Shown here piece after piece: positions 22,347 through 32,330 of a stretch of DNA of 64,000 nt. Each line of letters begins with the position of its first letter. Position 1 is the stretch's first letter. This DNA comes from an uncultured Acidobacteriota bacterium. GTDB lineage: Bacteria; Acidobacteriota; UBA6911; RPQK01; JAPXNP01. The position numbers were made by a program, and so were the translations under genes. The notes under the pieces are model-generated. The model made no database searches. It was not told the DNA's origin and was given only the letters and a program-made list of their open reading frames with translations. The stretch covers positions 448,001 through 512,000 of the forward strand of contig CAVZRV010000011.1 of assembly GCA_963777605.1 (NCBI GenBank). Direction: 5' to 3'.

Positions 22347-22724
22347 TCAGTCCGACTCAGTGCCCGAATCATCCAGGAGGCTAACGATTCCTTCCAGTTC
22401 TCGCTTGATTTCCTGGAGCGCCCGCCGCTGGTTGGCCTGGAAAGCCCCTTGAAACAGGGGCAAATCCGCCTTTCCTCCGCTGCCCTCCTCTTGCAGGCGC
22501 TGGTTGGCCCCCGCGATGGTATATCCCGCTTCGTACAGGAGCCCCTTGATCGATTCGATTAACTCCAGGTCCGACCGGCGGTAGATCCGCTGGCCGGCCC
22601 GATTCTTGACCGGTTTGAGGCGGGAAAAGACGGTCTCCCAGTAACGCAGGACGTGGGGCTCAATCTGGCAGATTTTGCAGACCTCGCCGATTTTGTAGAA
22701 CAGCTTCTGACGCGATCTCGCCAT
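22347..22724 (-). CDS. MerR-family HTH transcriptional regulator (ihfA-linked type)
   Basis: [36 protein letters not shown]. Confidence 0.9.
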   Translation of the reverse strand: MARSRQKLFYKIGEVCKICQIEPHVLRYWETVFSRLKPVKNRAGQRIYRRSDLELIESIKGLLYEAGYTIAGANQRLQEEGSGGKADLPLFQGAFQANQRRALQEIKRELEGIVSLLDDSGTESD

Positions 22725-22728
22725 CGCT

Positions 22729-22995
22729 TTACAGGTCAACCAGGCGTGACGGTTTAAAGGTCACATAGCGGCTGGCAGGCAGGAGAATACGGTCCCCCGT
22801 CTGGGGGTTGCGGCCGTAGCGGGCCTTTCTCTCAATAACACAGAAGGTGCCGAAGCCGGTCAGTTTGACTTTCTCCTGTCGGCCGAGGCTTTCTTTGATC
22901 GTTCCAAGCACAGTATCCACCATCTCCAGGGCTTCGCCGTACGAGATTCCACCGTGCGTTTCGTGTACTAACTGAGCCAGATCTGCCTTTATCAT
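22729..22995 (-). CDS. ihfA: Integration host factor alpha / HU family DNA-binding protein
   Basis: [26 protein letters not shown]; adjacency to the MerR gene is typical of ihfA. Confidence 0.8.
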   Translation of the reverse strand: MIKADLAQLVHETHGGISYGEALEMVDTVLGTIKESLGRQEKVKLTGFGTFCVIERKARYGRNPQTGDRILLPASRYVTFKPSRLVDL

Positions 22996-23024
22996 CGCCC
23001 GGGCCCTTCTTCCAAGGTGGGGCC

Positions 23025-23053
23025 ATCATATGAACGGTCCGGGGGGGTGTCAA
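23025..23053 (-). promoter_or_regulatory. Sigma70 promoter of ihf-merR
   Basis: Minus strand TTGACA (23053-23048) - 17 nt - TATGAT (23030-23025). Confidence 0.75.
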
Positions 23054-23063
23054 GTAGTGGAGC

Positions 23064-24383
23064 TCAACGTTTTCGCTGCTTCCTTCGCCCGGTTTTCTGG
23101 ATCAACCGAATCGGGGTGGCGAAGAAGCCGTATCGGCTCCGCAGCCGGTTGATCAGAAAGCGCAGGGTCGAAAAGTGAAGTTTGTCCCCGCCCCGCAGAA
23201 AGAGAACGAACGTGGGAGGCGCACTGCTGATCTGACAGGCATATTTGAGAGGAAACTTCTGGGACGAGTCGCGGGCAAGCATCGGGGCGACTTCTCTTTG
23301 CATGAAGCTGTTCAGGTCTCCGGTCGGGACCCGGGTTCGGCTGCTCTCGTATGCGGACCGTGCCACTTCGAGAATCTTCGATACCCGTTGGGCGGTCTTG
23401 GCAGACACGAACAGCATCGGGGCGTAGTCAAGGAAACGCATGCGAAGACGGTATTCCTTCTCCATCTCCACGATCGTGTGCGAGTCCTTGGCGACCAGGT
23501 CCCACTTGTTCACGAGGATCACCACCGGGCGCCCGGCATCGTGAGCGTACCCTCCAATGTTCGCGTCCAGCTTGGTCGCCCCTTCCGAAGCGTCGATTAC
23601 GAGCAGAACCACGTCCGCCAGTTCGATGTTCTTGCGTGCCATCACGACGCTGAGTTTCTCGGCCATCAACTCGGTCTTGCCTTTGCGGCGAATTCCGGCC
23701 GTATCCACGACCCGAAAAGGGGTGCCGTGGTAAGTCAGCAGGGAGTCAACCGCGTCGCGAGTGGTCCCGGGAACGTCGGTCACGATCACCCGCTCTTCAC
23801 CCAGGAGGGCGTTGACCAGGGAAGATTTGCCCACATTTGGGCGACCTATGATGGCGACCTTCACTTCTCCGGCCGGAGATGCCGCTCCTCCCGCGGGAAT
23901 GCGCTCGACAAGGCCGCTGATCAGATCGTCGATTCCGATGTTGTGCTCCGCCGACAAGGCCAGAATAACCGGGCTGCCCAACTCGGCGAACTGATAAGCA
24001 TCGTTTTCAAGCGCTTCCACGTCAACCTTGTTGGCAATTACCCAGAATTCCTTCCCCCGGGATTGAAGGAATGCGGCCACGTCCCGATCGAGCGGAGTGA
24101 GGCCGGCCCGGGCATCGACGACGAGGAGAATCAGGTCGGCAGCCGTAATCGCCATCTCCGCCTGCTCCAGCACCTTCTCCGGCATCTGCTCCTTGCCGTC
24201 CGGGACGATTCCGCCGGTATCGACCAACTCGAACTGCCGGTCTTCCAGAGAAACGACCTGGAAAATCCGGTCACGGGTGATCCCCGGCTCGTCACCGACC
24301 AAGGCTCGGCGGGTGCGAGACAAGCGATTGAACAATGTAGACTTGCCCACATTGGGCCGGCCAACAATGGCGACGCGATACAT
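23064..24383 (-). CDS. der: Ribosome biogenesis GTPase Der
   Basis: Two G domains (GRPNVGKS twice, DTGG/DTAG, NKVD/NKWD) and a KH-like C-terminus. Confidence 0.97.
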   Translation of the reverse strand: MYRVAIVGRPNVGKSTLFNRLSRTRRALVGDEPGITRDRIFQVVSLEDRQFELVDTGGIVPDGKEQMPEKVLEQAEMAITAADLILLVVDARAGLTPLDRDVAAFLQSRGKEFWVIANKVDVEALENDAYQFAELGSPVILALSAEHNIGIDDLISGLVERIPAGGAASPAGEVKVAIIGRPNVGKSSLVNALLGEERVIVTDVPGTTRDAVDSLLTYHGTPFRVVDTAGIRRKGKTELMAEKLSVVMARKNIELADVVLLVIDASEGATKLDANIGGYAHDAGRPVVILVNKWDLVAKDSHTIVEMEKEYRLRMRFLDYAPMLFVSAKTAQRVSKILEVARSAYESSRTRVPTGDLNSFMQREVAPMLARDSSQKFPLKYACQISSAPPTFVLFLRGGDKLHFSTLRFLINRLRSRYGFFATPIRLIQKTGRRKQRKR

Positions 24384-24410
24384 AACGGCCGTCATCATAG
24401 CAGAGTGAGC

Positions 24411-24433
24411 GTAGGACAAGCTTCGAGCTTGTC
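24411..24433 (+). repeat. GTAG-type REP palindrome
   Basis: GTAG-GACAAGCT-TCG-AGCTTGTC, a perfect 8-bp stem after a GTAG tetranucleotide. Confidence 0.7.
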
Positions 24434-24558
24434 TCCGTGACCGCAGCCGCCAACCGGAGACCGGGGGAAGAATCGGGAATCGAGAAGCGAGTATCGAGAA
24501 TGGTTGTTGAATGACGAAAATCGGGCACTTCGAACGCCATCGCGGCTTATCTCGGTCA

Positions 24559-24616
24559 GGTGCAGTGTAATCCAGGCAGCCGTGCCTGGTATGTCGCCCC
24601 GGCAGCTTGCCCGGCG
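24559..24616 (+). repeat. 58-bp dispersed double-hairpin repeat (copy 1)
   Basis: 52/58 identical (manual alignment) to the reverse complement of 44259-44316. Confidence 0.8.
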
Positions 24617-24868
24617 GAAGCGAAGAGGGGTCAATCCAGAATTCTCGGTTTTCGGTTTAACCCGAAACAGCCCGCCACCGGAATTGAATCGCACTTTCAG
24701 TGCTGCATTGCCACCTCGACACCCATTCCCGGGGCGTTGCCGCCGGGCTGGAAATGATCCTGCGCGGTGGCGCGGTGGCCTGGCGTTGGCCCCAGAGTTT
24801 GACACCTTTGAATAGTCTCCGCGTAGCGAAGGGGCGGGGCTAATCTCACAACCGCCGGGTCGGAGGTC

Positions 24869-25849
24869 CTACTTTGACTTGACTATGTGTGGAATGATCT
24901 GCTCGCCGTGGAAGCGTCCGTTCTCGATGAAGATCCGGTTCGTCAAACGCCCCGACCCGACCGATCCGGCGACATAGATCCCTGGAACGTTGGTTTCGAG
25001 GGTTTCGGGATCGTGCACCGGGATGTAAGTATCCGGATCAAACTGGACACCGGCCTCCCTGAGCAAGGCAGGGTCGGGATGATAGCCGGTCAGTGCAAAG
25101 ATGAAGTCGGCCTCGACGACCTTCTCACCCCGGGGGGTCTGCACCGTGACGGATTCGGGCCCAATCTCCTTGACGGTTGTGCTGAAGAGGCCCTGGATTT
25201 CACCGTTCTTGATCCGGTTGTCCAAGTCGGGTCGGATCCAGTACTTCACTTCGCGACCCACCCGGTGACCCCGGTGGATCAGCGTGACATCGGCACCGTT
25301 TCGGAAAAGCTCGAGCGCGGCGATCGCTGCGGAGTTCTTACCCCCGACTATCACCACTTTCTTGCGAAAATAGGGATGGGGATCGGAGTAATAGTGGCTG
25401 ACATGCGGGAGGTCCTCTCCGGGAACCCCGAGCAGGTTTGGGTTGTCGTAGTATCCGGTCGCAACCACGATCTTCCGGCACGGAAATGAATGACGGAGAC
25501 CGAAGGAAGCTTCGGTCGTGACGACAAAGTCGCCGTCGCTCCCATCGATCGCAACCACCTTCTCCTGGTCGCGTACATCGAGCCCGTAGTGCTGGGCCAC
25601 GCGCCGGTAGTACTTGAGGGCATCCAGGCGCTTCGGCTTCTCGGACGACGAGGTCATGGGAACGTCACCGATCTCCAGCAGTTCGGCCGTCGTGAAGAAA
25701 GTCATGTTCTCTGGATAGTGGTAGATGGAATTGACGATACAGCCCTTTTCCAGGACGCAGCAGCCCAGTCCGGCCTTAACGGCGTAGATCGCGCAGGCCA
25801 ACCCTGCGGGTCCCGCGCCGACTACAACGATGTCCCGCTTTTCATCCAT
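24869..25849 (-). CDS. ypdA: YpdA-family putative bacillithiol disulfide reductase
   Basis: GAGPAGL, NSIYHYP, FFTTAELLEIG, ATGYYD, SHYY, GGKNSA, FIENGRFHG signature. Confidence 0.88.
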   Translation of the reverse strand: MDEKRDIVVVGAGPAGLACAIYAVKAGLGCCVLEKGCIVNSIYHYPENMTFFTTAELLEIGDVPMTSSSEKPKRLDALKYYRRVAQHYGLDVRDQEKVVAIDGSDGDFVVTTEASFGLRHSFPCRKIVVATGYYDNPNLLGVPGEDLPHVSHYYSDPHPYFRKKVVIVGGKNSAAIAALELFRNGADVTLIHRGHRVGREVKYWIRPDLDNRIKNGEIQGLFSTTVKEIGPESVTVQTPRGEKVVEADFIFALTGYHPDPALLREAGVQFDPDTYIPVHDPETLETNVPGIYVAGSVGSGRLTNRIFIENGRFHGEQIIPHIVKSK

Positions 25850-25880
25850 TTGACACCCACTTCCACCTTTCACTAGAATA
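25850..25880 (+). promoter_or_regulatory. Sigma70 promoter of tRNA-Val, probably bidirectional
   Basis: TTGACA 25850-25855 - 18 nt - TAGAAT 25874-25879; the same bases read TATTCT on the minus strand, upstream of ypdA. Confidence 0.7.
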
Positions 25881-25892
25881 CGTTCTCCTTGA

Positions 25893-25969
25893 GGGCGATT
25901 AGCTCAGCTGGTTAGAGCGCCGTCTTCACACGGCGGAGGTCACTGGTTCGAGTCCAGTATCGCCCACCA
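25893..25969 (+). tRNA. tRNA-Val (anticodon CAC)
   Basis: Acceptor GGGCGAT/ATCGCCC + ACCA, D arm AGCTCAGCTGGTTAGAGC, anticodon arm CCGTC-TTCACAC-GGCGG, T arm GGTTCGAGTCC. Confidence 0.97.
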
Positions 25970-25971
25970 CC

Positions 25972-26029
25972 TCAAAGTGCGAAATACGAAATTCGAATTT
26001 TACTTCGCACTTCGCACTTCGCACTTTGA
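25972..26029. terminator. Heptamer-repeat hairpin, probable bidirectional terminator
   Basis: TCAAAGTGCGAA...TTCGCACTTTGA stem; right arm is (ACTTCGC)x3; lies between the convergent tRNA and DUF2905 genes. Confidence 0.55.
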
Positions 26030-26034
26030 AATGG

Positions 26035-26262
26035 CTATTTCCCCCCGGTAAGCCATCTGAACAGCCAGATCAGAAGGGTCAGCAACACCGACACCAGCAG
26101 GGATGTCACGACCGGGAAATAGAAGCGGCCACCTTTGAACTCAAAGGAAATATCGCCGGGCAACCGCCCCAATCGCAACCCCGGAAACCAGACCAGCACC
26201 GCGCCCACAGCGGCAATGACCAGGCCCACGACAATCAGAAGTTTGCCGATCTCGGAAATCAT
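26035..26262 (-). CDS. DUF2905 family small membrane protein
   Basis: LGRLPGDI...FYFPVVTSLLVSVLLTL signature. Confidence 0.9.
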   Translation of the reverse strand: MISEIGKLLIVVGLVIAAVGAVLVWFPGLRLGRLPGDISFEFKGGRFYFPVVTSLLVSVLLTLLIWLFRWLTGGK

Positions 26263-26297
26263 GCCTGCTGCCGCCGGTCCCGAGATACGGGACCCAC

Positions 26298-26714
26298 TTA
26301 ACCGACCTGGTCTAGTTCGCTGAAGAAATAGCCGATCTCAAACCGGGCCGTGTCAGGACCGTCACTGCCGTGAACGGAATTCCGCTCCAGGCTCTCCGCG
26401 AAAGTTTTGCGAATCGTGCCTTCATCCGCCTTGGCCGGGTCGGTCGCGCCCATGATCTTGCGCCACCGCGTAATGGCGTCCTCGGCTTCGAACACCAGGA
26501 GAACGATCGGACCTTCCGACATGAACCGGGTCAGGCTGTCAAAGAAGGGACGGTCCTTGTGAACGTAGTAAAAGCCTTTGGCCTCTTCCATGGTCAAACG
26601 GGCCAACCGCATCGCCTTGATTTTCAACCCGGCCGACTCCGCCTTTTCCAGAATCGCTCCAATCAGATTCCGCTGAACCGCGTCCGGCTTGATGATACCC
26701 AGTGTTCGCTCCAT
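26298..26714 (-). CDS. ndk: Nucleoside diphosphate kinase
   Basis: MERTLGIIKPDAV, RPFF, GTIR, NSVHGSD. Confidence 0.98.
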   Translation of the reverse strand: MERTLGIIKPDAVQRNLIGAILEKAESAGLKIKAMRLARLTMEEAKGFYYVHKDRPFFDSLTRFMSEGPIVLLVFEAEDAITRWRKIMGATDPAKADEGTIRKTFAESLERNSVHGSDGPDTARFEIGYFFSELDQVG

Positions 26715-26721
26715 CGATTCC

Positions 26722-27591
26722 TCACTTAATCATAGACTCAACTGCGGCACCGATGTCCGCAGGGCTTTGGACAACGTTTATCCCGCACTCCCGCATCGTC
26801 GAGATCTTCTCGGCGGCGGTTCCCTTCCCTTGGGAAATGATCGCGCCCGCATGTCCCATGCGGCGTCCCGGAGGTGCCGTCTGCCCGGCGATAAAGCCGA
26901 CCACCGGCTTCCTGAAATTCTGCTGAATGAAGTGAGCGGCCTCTTCCTCGGCGGATCCGCCGATCTCTCCGATCATGACGACCGCTTCGGTTTCGTCGTC
27001 CTCGGCAAATGCTTTCAGTGCATCGATAAAGCCGGTGCCGATAATCGGGTCACCGCCAATACCAATGCAGGTGCTCTGGCCGATCCCGCGGGAACTCAAC
27101 TGGCCCACGGCTTCGTACGTGAGGGTTCCACTTCGAGAGATGACGCCGACGCCGCCTTCTTTGTGAATGTGCCCGGGCATGATCCCGATCTTGCACTTCC
27201 CGGGAGAGATGATTCCCGGACAGTTCGGTCCGATCAGGCGAGTCGGAGAGTCCTTCAGAACACTCCAAACCTTGACCATATCCATCACCGGGATACCCTC
27301 GGTGATACAGACCACGAGCTTGACCCCGGCATCAACGGCTTCCAGCACTGCGTCAGCAGCAAACGGAGGCGGAACAAAAATCACGCTGGCGTCGGCGCCT
27401 TCTTTTTGAACGGCGGCGCCCACCGTGTTGTAGACCGGAACACCCTCGTGTTCCGTCCCGCCTTTTCCCGGGGTTACTCCTGCTACGATCTCCGTCCCAT
27501 ATTCCCTGCAAAGCCTGGCGTGAAAGCTGCCCTCACGGCCGGTCAGCCCCTGCACCACCAGACGAGTTTCCTTGTTCACCCATATAGCCAT
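26722..27591 (-). CDS. sucD: Succinyl-CoA synthetase alpha subunit
   Basis: [36 protein letters not shown]. Confidence 0.98.
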   Translation of the reverse strand: MAIWVNKETRLVVQGLTGREGSFHARLCREYGTEIVAGVTPGKGGTEHEGVPVYNTVGAAVQKEGADASVIFVPPPFAADAVLEAVDAGVKLVVCITEGIPVMDMVKVWSVLKDSPTRLIGPNCPGIISPGKCKIGIMPGHIHKEGGVGVISRSGTLTYEAVGQLSSRGIGQSTCIGIGGDPIIGTGFIDALKAFAEDDETEAVVMIGEIGGSAEEEAAHFIQQNFRKPVVGFIAGQTAPPGRRMGHAGAIISQGKGTAAEKISTMRECGINVVQSPADIGAAVESMIK

Positions 27592-27604
27592 GGCGGTAAA
27601 TCCT

Positions 27605-28759
27605 CTAGTTTGCCGCGGCTGCAGCAACTACCTTTTGAGCAGCGTCGGCCATGCCGCCCGCCACGATGAAGTTAAGACTGGCCTGGTTCAGGATCTCCCG
27701 GCCCCGCTCCACGTTGGTGCCCTCCAGCCGGACTACCACCGGGAAGGTCGCCCCCACTTCCTTGACCGCCTCGACCACTCCTTCGGCGACCGTGTCACAA
27801 CGCATGATGCCACCGAAGATGTTGATCAGGACGGCCTTCACACTGGGGTCCGAGATCAGGATCTTGAACGCACTGGAAACCTGTTCTGCGCTGGCGCCGC
27901 CACCGACGTCCAGGAAGTTAGCCGGGCTTCCCCCGGCCAGCTTGATAATGTCCATCGTGGCCATCGCCAGCCCGGCACCGTTGACCATACAGCCCACGGC
28001 CCCGTCCAGCTTGATGTAGTTAAGTCCCGAACGGGAAGCCTCGATCTCAAGGGGATCCTCTTCGTTAAAATCCCGCATTTCCACAACGTCGGGATGGCGA
28101 AAAAGTGCGTTGTCGTCGAAGTTGATCTTGGCATCCAGCGCGACGAGCTGTCCCTCGGCCGTTTCCACGAGGGGGTTGATTTCTGCCAGCGAACAATCCA
28201 GTTCCAGGAACGCCCGGAAAAGCGACTTCAAGAACGGAGCCACCGCCCTCGGGTTGAGCCCCAGGCTGAAAGCCAGCTTGCGAATCTGGTAGTCACTCAG
28301 ACCCAATCCCGGGTGAACATGCTCCTTCAGAATCTTCTCGGGAGACCGCCGGGCAACTTCCTCGATCTCGACACCGCCCTCACTGCTCGCCATCACGACA
28401 GGCTTTCCCTGGGCCCGGTCGAGAATGATCCCGAGATAGAACTCCCGCTTGATGTTGAGCCCGTTCTCCACCAGCAGTACCCGAACCTTGCGGCCTTCCG
28501 GGCCTGTCTGATGGGTAACCAACTGCATTCCCAGCATGGCCTCGGCGAATTCCTCCGCCTGCTTCGGGGTCTTGGCGATCTTGACTCCGCCACCTTTGCC
28601 TCGACCGCCGGCGTGGATCTGCGCCTTTACTGCCACGACACCGCCGAATCGCCGGGCGACTTCGTAGGCTTCAGGTCCACTGCGAACAACACGGCCCTCG
28701 GGTACGGGAACACCAAAGCGGGCCAACAGTTGCTTAGCCTGAAATTCATGGATCTTCAT
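27605..28759 (-). CDS. sucC: Succinyl-CoA synthetase beta subunit
   Basis: [45 protein letters not shown]. Confidence 0.98.
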   Translation of the reverse strand: MKIHEFQAKQLLARFGVPVPEGRVVRSGPEAYEVARRFGGVVAVKAQIHAGGRGKGGGVKIAKTPKQAEEFAEAMLGMQLVTHQTGPEGRKVRVLLVENGLNIKREFYLGIILDRAQGKPVVMASSEGGVEIEEVARRSPEKILKEHVHPGLGLSDYQIRKLAFSLGLNPRAVAPFLKSLFRAFLELDCSLAEINPLVETAEGQLVALDAKINFDDNALFRHPDVVEMRDFNEEDPLEIEASRSGLNYIKLDGAVGCMVNGAGLAMATMDIIKLAGGSPANFLDVGGGASAEQVSSAFKILISDPSVKAVLINIFGGIMRCDTVAEGVVEAVKEVGATFPVVVRLEGTNVERGREILNQASLNFIVAGGMADAAQKVVAAAAAN

Positions 28760-28973
28760 GAACGCAGAACATAATCATTCTTGTGGGGTCAGTTCAAGTC
28801 CGGTTGAGGAGACCGATCTGACCTGCCCTCAGAGCGTTCCGGCACCATCGAATCCCTGGCTTTGGCTCACGGGTCGGAAGCGCCGGACAGGTCCGAGAGA
28901 TCAGACAACTCGGAACCCAGTTTTCACAACAGTCTCTGAAACCAATGCCGGCATCGGCTAGACTGTCTGGCAT

Positions 28974-30830
28974 TTGAAGTCCATGGCCGACGAAACGCTC
29001 TCAGTTGATGAAATATCTCGGGCCTATCGCCTATCGGACGTATTGTGGGACGACGATGGCCGGAGTCTTGTGTGGTTGGAAGGACGCTCATCCCGAAACA
29101 CCCTGGTGTCCCGGTCCCGGGAATACGGTCACATGCGCGACCTCACCCGTGACTGGTCGGTACGTGCCCGGGTAGGGTACGGAGGCGCCGACTTCTCGAT
29201 TCGAAAAGGGATCATCTACTTCGTAGACGGCCGCCGTCTCTTCCGGCAGGGCCTGAGGGCTACTTCCCCTGAGCTGATTTTGGAGGCCGAGTTCCCGCTC
29301 GCCGCTCCCACGGCGAGCCCCGACGGCAAGTGGCTGGTCGTGGTCGAGTCTACGCAAGACCGAGACCGGCTCCTCCTCGTTTCCACCAGCGGTGAACCGC
29401 AGGTTGTAGAACTCTTCCGGGAAACCCATTTCTGCATGCAGCCTGCATGGAGCCCTTCCGGCGACCGTCTCACCTGGATCGTCTGGGATCATCCCTGGAT
29501 GCCCTGGCAGGAGAGCAGGGCCCTGGTCGCGGACCTGAACTTCGAGCCTTCGCCCCACCTTGTTGGATTGAAAGAGCTTTTTCCCGGAGGGTCGGGAGAT
29601 GCCGCCTTTCAACCTGCCTTCTCCCCGGACGGCCGGTGGCTCTCCTGCGTCAGCGATCGCACCGGCTGGTTCAACCTCGAACTGTTCGACGCAGCAAAGC
29701 TCACGCCAGTCGGAGGATGGGAAGATGCGGCCGAACACGCGCCTCCGGCCTGGATTCAGGGGATGAGATCCTACGGTTGGCGGCCCGACTCGGAAGGGAT
29801 CTTGCTGCTTCGCTCCAGCCGGGGGTTTACCGAATTGTTCGATTGCACGCTGAAGACCGGCGGCAAACGTCCGGTCCAGGGGCAGATCGAAGAGTACTCC
29901 CACCTTTTCCAGCCGGCTGTCCACCCCACCGACGGATCGGTCGCCATGATAGCGTCCTCACCCCGGCAACCGACCTGCATCGTGGAGTGTACTCCCCGCG
30001 GCTCAGTTTCAATCCTGCGCCGCTCGATTCCGGACGTCGTCACTCCCGCAGGACTGAAAGCACCCGAAGCAGTCGAATTCGGAAACAACGGCGAAACCTG
30101 CTACGGGCTTCTCTGGTCCCCTTTCGCTCCCGACGTCTCTTCCCGCAAAGCCGTCATCCGGGTTCACGGAGGGCCTCAATCCCAGGCCTCGGCGGAATTC
30201 GATTTTGACGTCCACTTTTACACGTCGCACGGCTATTGGGTCTTTGACCTGAACTACCACGGCAGCAGCGGCTATGGAAAGTCCTACAGGCGATCCCTGG
30301 AGGGACGATGGGGAGAGGCAGATGTTGACGACCTCGCCACAGCAGCCGACTACCTGGTTCGAAGCCGGAGAATCGACCCCGCCCGGATTGTTCTCTCGGG
30401 TGGAAGTGCCGGCGGCTTCACGATCCTGGTTGCCCTGGCCCGCTATCCCGGCCGTTTTCGGGCTGCGGTTTGCCGCTATGCAGTCACCGACCTCTTTGCG
30501 CTCACCCGGGACATGCCCAAGTTCGAGCGGTGTTACCTCGACACCCTGATCGGCCCACTCCACGAGTCCAAGGCAACTTACCGCGAGCGTTCGCCACTCG
30601 ACCTCGCCGACCGGATCACCGATCCCGTTGCTCTTTTTCAGGGAGAGGCGGACCAGGTCGTCCCACCTGCACAGGCCCGTTGCCTGGCCCAATCGCTCCG
30701 GAATCGCGGTGTTCCCTGCCTGCTCCATCTCTTTCCCGGCGAGGGACACGGCTGGCGTCAAACGGAGACTATTCGTCGATACTACTCGCTCGTGGACCAG
30801 TTCCTGACTGAACACGTCCCCGGCGACTGA
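28974..30830 (+). CDS. S9 family (prolyl oligopeptidase / acylaminoacyl) peptidase
   Basis: Beta-propeller (SPDG repeats), HGGP, GGSAGG nucleophile, GEADQVV (Asp), GEGHGW (His). Confidence 0.92.
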   Translation: MKSMADETLSVDEISRAYRLSDVLWDDDGRSLVWLEGRSSRNTLVSRSREYGHMRDLTRDWSVRARVGYGGADFSIRKGIIYFVDGRRLFRQGLRATSPELILEAEFPLAAPTASPDGKWLVVVESTQDRDRLLLVSTSGEPQVVELFRETHFCMQPAWSPSGDRLTWIVWDHPWMPWQESRALVADLNFEPSPHLVGLKELFPGGSGDAAFQPAFSPDGRWLSCVSDRTGWFNLELFDAAKLTPVGGWEDAAEHAPPAWIQGMRSYGWRPDSEGILLLRSSRGFTELFDCTLKTGGKRPVQGQIEEYSHLFQPAVHPTDGSVAMIASSPRQPTCIVECTPRGSVSILRRSIPDVVTPAGLKAPEAVEFGNNGETCYGLLWSPFAPDVSSRKAVIRVHGGPQSQASAEFDFDVHFYTSHGYWVFDLNYHGSSGYGKSYRRSLEGRWGEADVDDLATAADYLVRSRRIDPARIVLSGGSAGGFTILVALARYPGRFRAAVCRYAVTDLFALTRDMPKFERCYLDTLIGPLHESKATYRERSPLDLADRITDPVALFQGEADQVVPPAQARCLAQSLRNRGVPCLLHLFPGEGHGWRQTETIRRYYSLVDQFLTEHVPGD

Positions 30831-31264
30831 CGGAAACCGGCCACTTGAACCGACTTGCTGCTGGTCGACGTATTCCAAATCCGGCTTCAAAAGAATGCAA
30901 GATCACCGGCGAGCTCAACCATCGCCGAGCATTCCAAAATAAAAGGGTGTGTTGCCGAAATCGCCAATGGAGCAATATCAGACTCGTCTCTCCGCGCCCA
31001 GTCCGTCGGCGGGCGCACCACGCCCCCGGGCAAAGCCTCCGGCGGAGGCCAAACCCCTATCCCCATCTAGTATTAACGAACGTGTGGGAAAAAGTGCGAA
31101 GAGACCGCGGGAAAAATGTGCAAAAGGCGCCGCTTGGAGGGAGAGGAAGCGAAAGGACCGTATGGGAGAAGGGATGTAGAGAGCATCCAGGGAAAGACTG
31201 TTTTCATCAGAGTTTGGGCAACATACCCCAAAAAGCAGAAATCTCAAGTGTTAGAATCTGCCAT

Positions 31265-32308
31265 GTGAAGACAGATGTATTGATCGTCGGAGCCGGGTTT
31301 GCAGGGGCTTCTACCGCATTTCACCTGGTCCGGGCCGGATTCGATGGGGCCATCCTCGTTCTGGAACGGGAGGAAATTCCCGGTTACCACGCCTCGGGCC
31401 GAAATGCCTCACTCGTGCTCCAGTCAGTTGACAATCCGACCATCCGAGAGATCGTAGCCGTGAGTGTTGCAAGCTACCTCGAAGTCTCCGAGGCGATCGG
31501 CTATCGTCCAGTGGGATCCCTCCTTTTGGGCACAGAGGATCAACTTGAACGGCTGCGCGATACCAGTCTCATTGAAAGCGGCTACCTGACTCCGGCAGCG
31601 GCACGCGAGCGAGTGCCCTTGCTGGAGGGCCACCACTTCGAGACTGGACTCTTGACCAAGACTGATGGCGCCATGGACATCTCCAGGTTGCTGCAGTACT
31701 ACCTTGACGGCGCCCGGCGGGGAAATTGCCAGGTCCGCCTCAGTTGCCCGGTCGAAGGCATCGAGCGGACAGTAGACGGATTCAAGGTTCTGACCGAGCA
31801 TGGTCCCGTGGAGGCGCGAGTCGTAGTTGACGGCGCTGGGGCCTGGGCGCCGGCGATCGCCGAGATGGCGGGGATCGCCCCGCTGCCGATGAAGTCTTTC
31901 AAGCGCCACCTTTTCGTCCTGGACGGCCTCGAAGACCTGGACGAGAGCTGGCCATTCGCCTGGAGTATCGACCGCGGGTTCTATTTCCGCCCCGAGTCCG
32001 GGGGCCTGCTCTTCAGCGTCTGCGACGAAGAGCTCGCCCTGAAAGAATTTGTACCCACGATAAACTCACAGATCGCGGAGCAGCTTGCCGAGCTGATCTC
32101 CCGGGAGTTGCCGGCTTTAGAGGAGGCGCTCCAACGAAGGGTATGGTCCTGTTTCAGAACCAAGACTCCCACCGGCACTTTTCACCTTGGTTGGGCCGAA
32201 CAGGTTGAGGGATTCTACTGGACGGCCGGTCTGGGGGGACACGGCATGGGCGCCAGCTGGGAGGTCGGGCGCCGCGCCGCGGCCGACGTCCGGGAATTCT
32301 TCTCCTGA
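31265..32308 (+). CDS. FAD-dependent oxidoreductase (DAO / sarcosine oxidase beta-like)
   Basis: VGAGFAG, HASGRNA, DGAGAW, YFRPE, GLGGHG; GTG start at 31265. Confidence 0.88.
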   Translation: MKTDVLIVGAGFAGASTAFHLVRAGFDGAILVLEREEIPGYHASGRNASLVLQSVDNPTIREIVAVSVASYLEVSEAIGYRPVGSLLLGTEDQLERLRDTSLIESGYLTPAAARERVPLLEGHHFETGLLTKTDGAMDISRLLQYYLDGARRGNCQVRLSCPVEGIERTVDGFKVLTEHGPVEARVVVDGAGAWAPAIAEMAGIAPLPMKSFKRHLFVLDGLEDLDESWPFAWSIDRGFYFRPESGGLLFSVCDEELALKEFVPTINSQIAEQLAELISRELPALEEALQRRVWSCFRTKTPTGTFHLGWAEQVEGFYWTAGLGGHGMGASWEVGRRAAADVREFFS

Positions 32309-32330
32309 GTTTTGTGTTAAATTCAGCCCA

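Noticed and set aside
24420-24860. RNase P RNA or another large ncRNA (CGGCTTAT and GAAATGAT motifs)
   Set aside because: No GAGGAAAGTCC on either strand and the motifs are in the wrong order; repeats explain the region better.
25970-26035. tRNA-Val as an integration site for a genomic island
   Set aside because: No integrase, no duplicated tRNA 3' end seen in the window, and housekeeping genes follow directly.
31028-31052. c-di-GMP-I riboswitch-like GCAAAGCCTCCGG
   Set aside because: No upstream GGCAAAC...GAAA P2 stem; it is a simple GCCTCC/GGAGGC hairpin.
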